Shown piece by piece: positions 31,868 to 32,000 of a DNA stretch of 32,000 nucleotides (the first letter of the stretch is position 1; every line of letters starts with the position of its first letter). The translations under genes and the position numbers were made by a program. Origin of the DNA: Candidatus Saccharimonadota bacterium. GTDB taxonomy: Bacteria; Patescibacteriota; Saccharimonadia; Saccharimonadales; Saccharimonadaceae. Below the pieces are notes generated by a model. It was not told the DNA's origin, ran no database searches, and saw only the letters and a program-made list of their open reading frames with translations. The stretch covers positions 660,001 through 692,000 of the forward strand of contig CP060232.1 in NCBI GenBank assembly GCA_023898645.1, given 5' to 3'.

Positions 31868-32000
31868 ACAACGGTTTTAAGCAAGAAAACAGCGTACAAT
31901 ATGATGTATGCACATAGAGGGGGAGACAAGCGCACATACTGCGCTGTATCGAAAATACCGCAGTCGGTCACTTGATGAAGTGGTCGGACAAACACAGGTT

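Noticed and set aside
31801-31995. 64-aa minus-strand ORF at the window edge
   Set aside because: It overlaps the plus-strand terminator hairpin, has no RBS, and is truncated by context. The support is insufficient.
1-32000. Looked for rRNA, tRNA, CRISPR arrays, integrases, restriction-modification genes and known defence-system genes
   Set aside because: I recognised no T-arm/acceptor pattern, rRNA-like conserved block, repeat-spacer array, tyrosine or serine recombinase, or nuclease/methylase motif set. Because the scan was manual, absence is not proof.

Overview
The window is gene-dense bacterial chromosome read with the standard code (TGA is used as a stop). I support about 44 coding regions and found no rRNA, tRNA or CRISPR array.

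Housekeeping genes I recognise:
- dCache/HAMP/PAS histidine kinase with a receiver-only response regulator
- DEAD-box RNA helicase
- cytochrome bd subunit I (cydA)
- thioredoxin
- rplJ-rplL with an L10-type leader
- acetolactate synthase ilvB-ilvN
- CE4 polysaccharide deacetylase
- NT5C-type deoxyribonucleotidase
- NAD(P)-binding Rossmann protein

The rest is mostly small membrane, secreted or low-complexity proteins and cell-wall-active domains (two M23-like, two 3D-like). Many of these have their own promoter and hairpin terminator. This mix suggests a reduced-genome, possibly Patescibacteria/Saccharibacteria-like organism. That is inference only.

Most interesting observations:
1. A RAYT-type HUH (Y1) transposase is flanked by REP-like hairpins. 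It lies between two 147-bp direct repeats that are 146/147 identical.
2. The 147-bp repeat looks like an unclassified structured small RNA. Copy B has its own terminator. The single difference between the copies breaks a 7-bp hairpin in copy A.
3. A classical Ile/Val/Leu-rich leader peptide with mutually exclusive antiterminator and terminator pairings sits in front of an otherwise orphan ilvBN.
4. cydA is translationally coupled to a 172-aa five-helix partner instead of a full-length CydB. An AurF-like diiron oxygenase follows.
5. At least five genes have a -10 hexamer 5-6 nt upstream of the start codon, a leaderless architecture. Other genes in the window have strong AGGAGG ribosome-binding sites (RBS).

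All coordinates and base pairings were derived by hand from the sequence. No database search was run.
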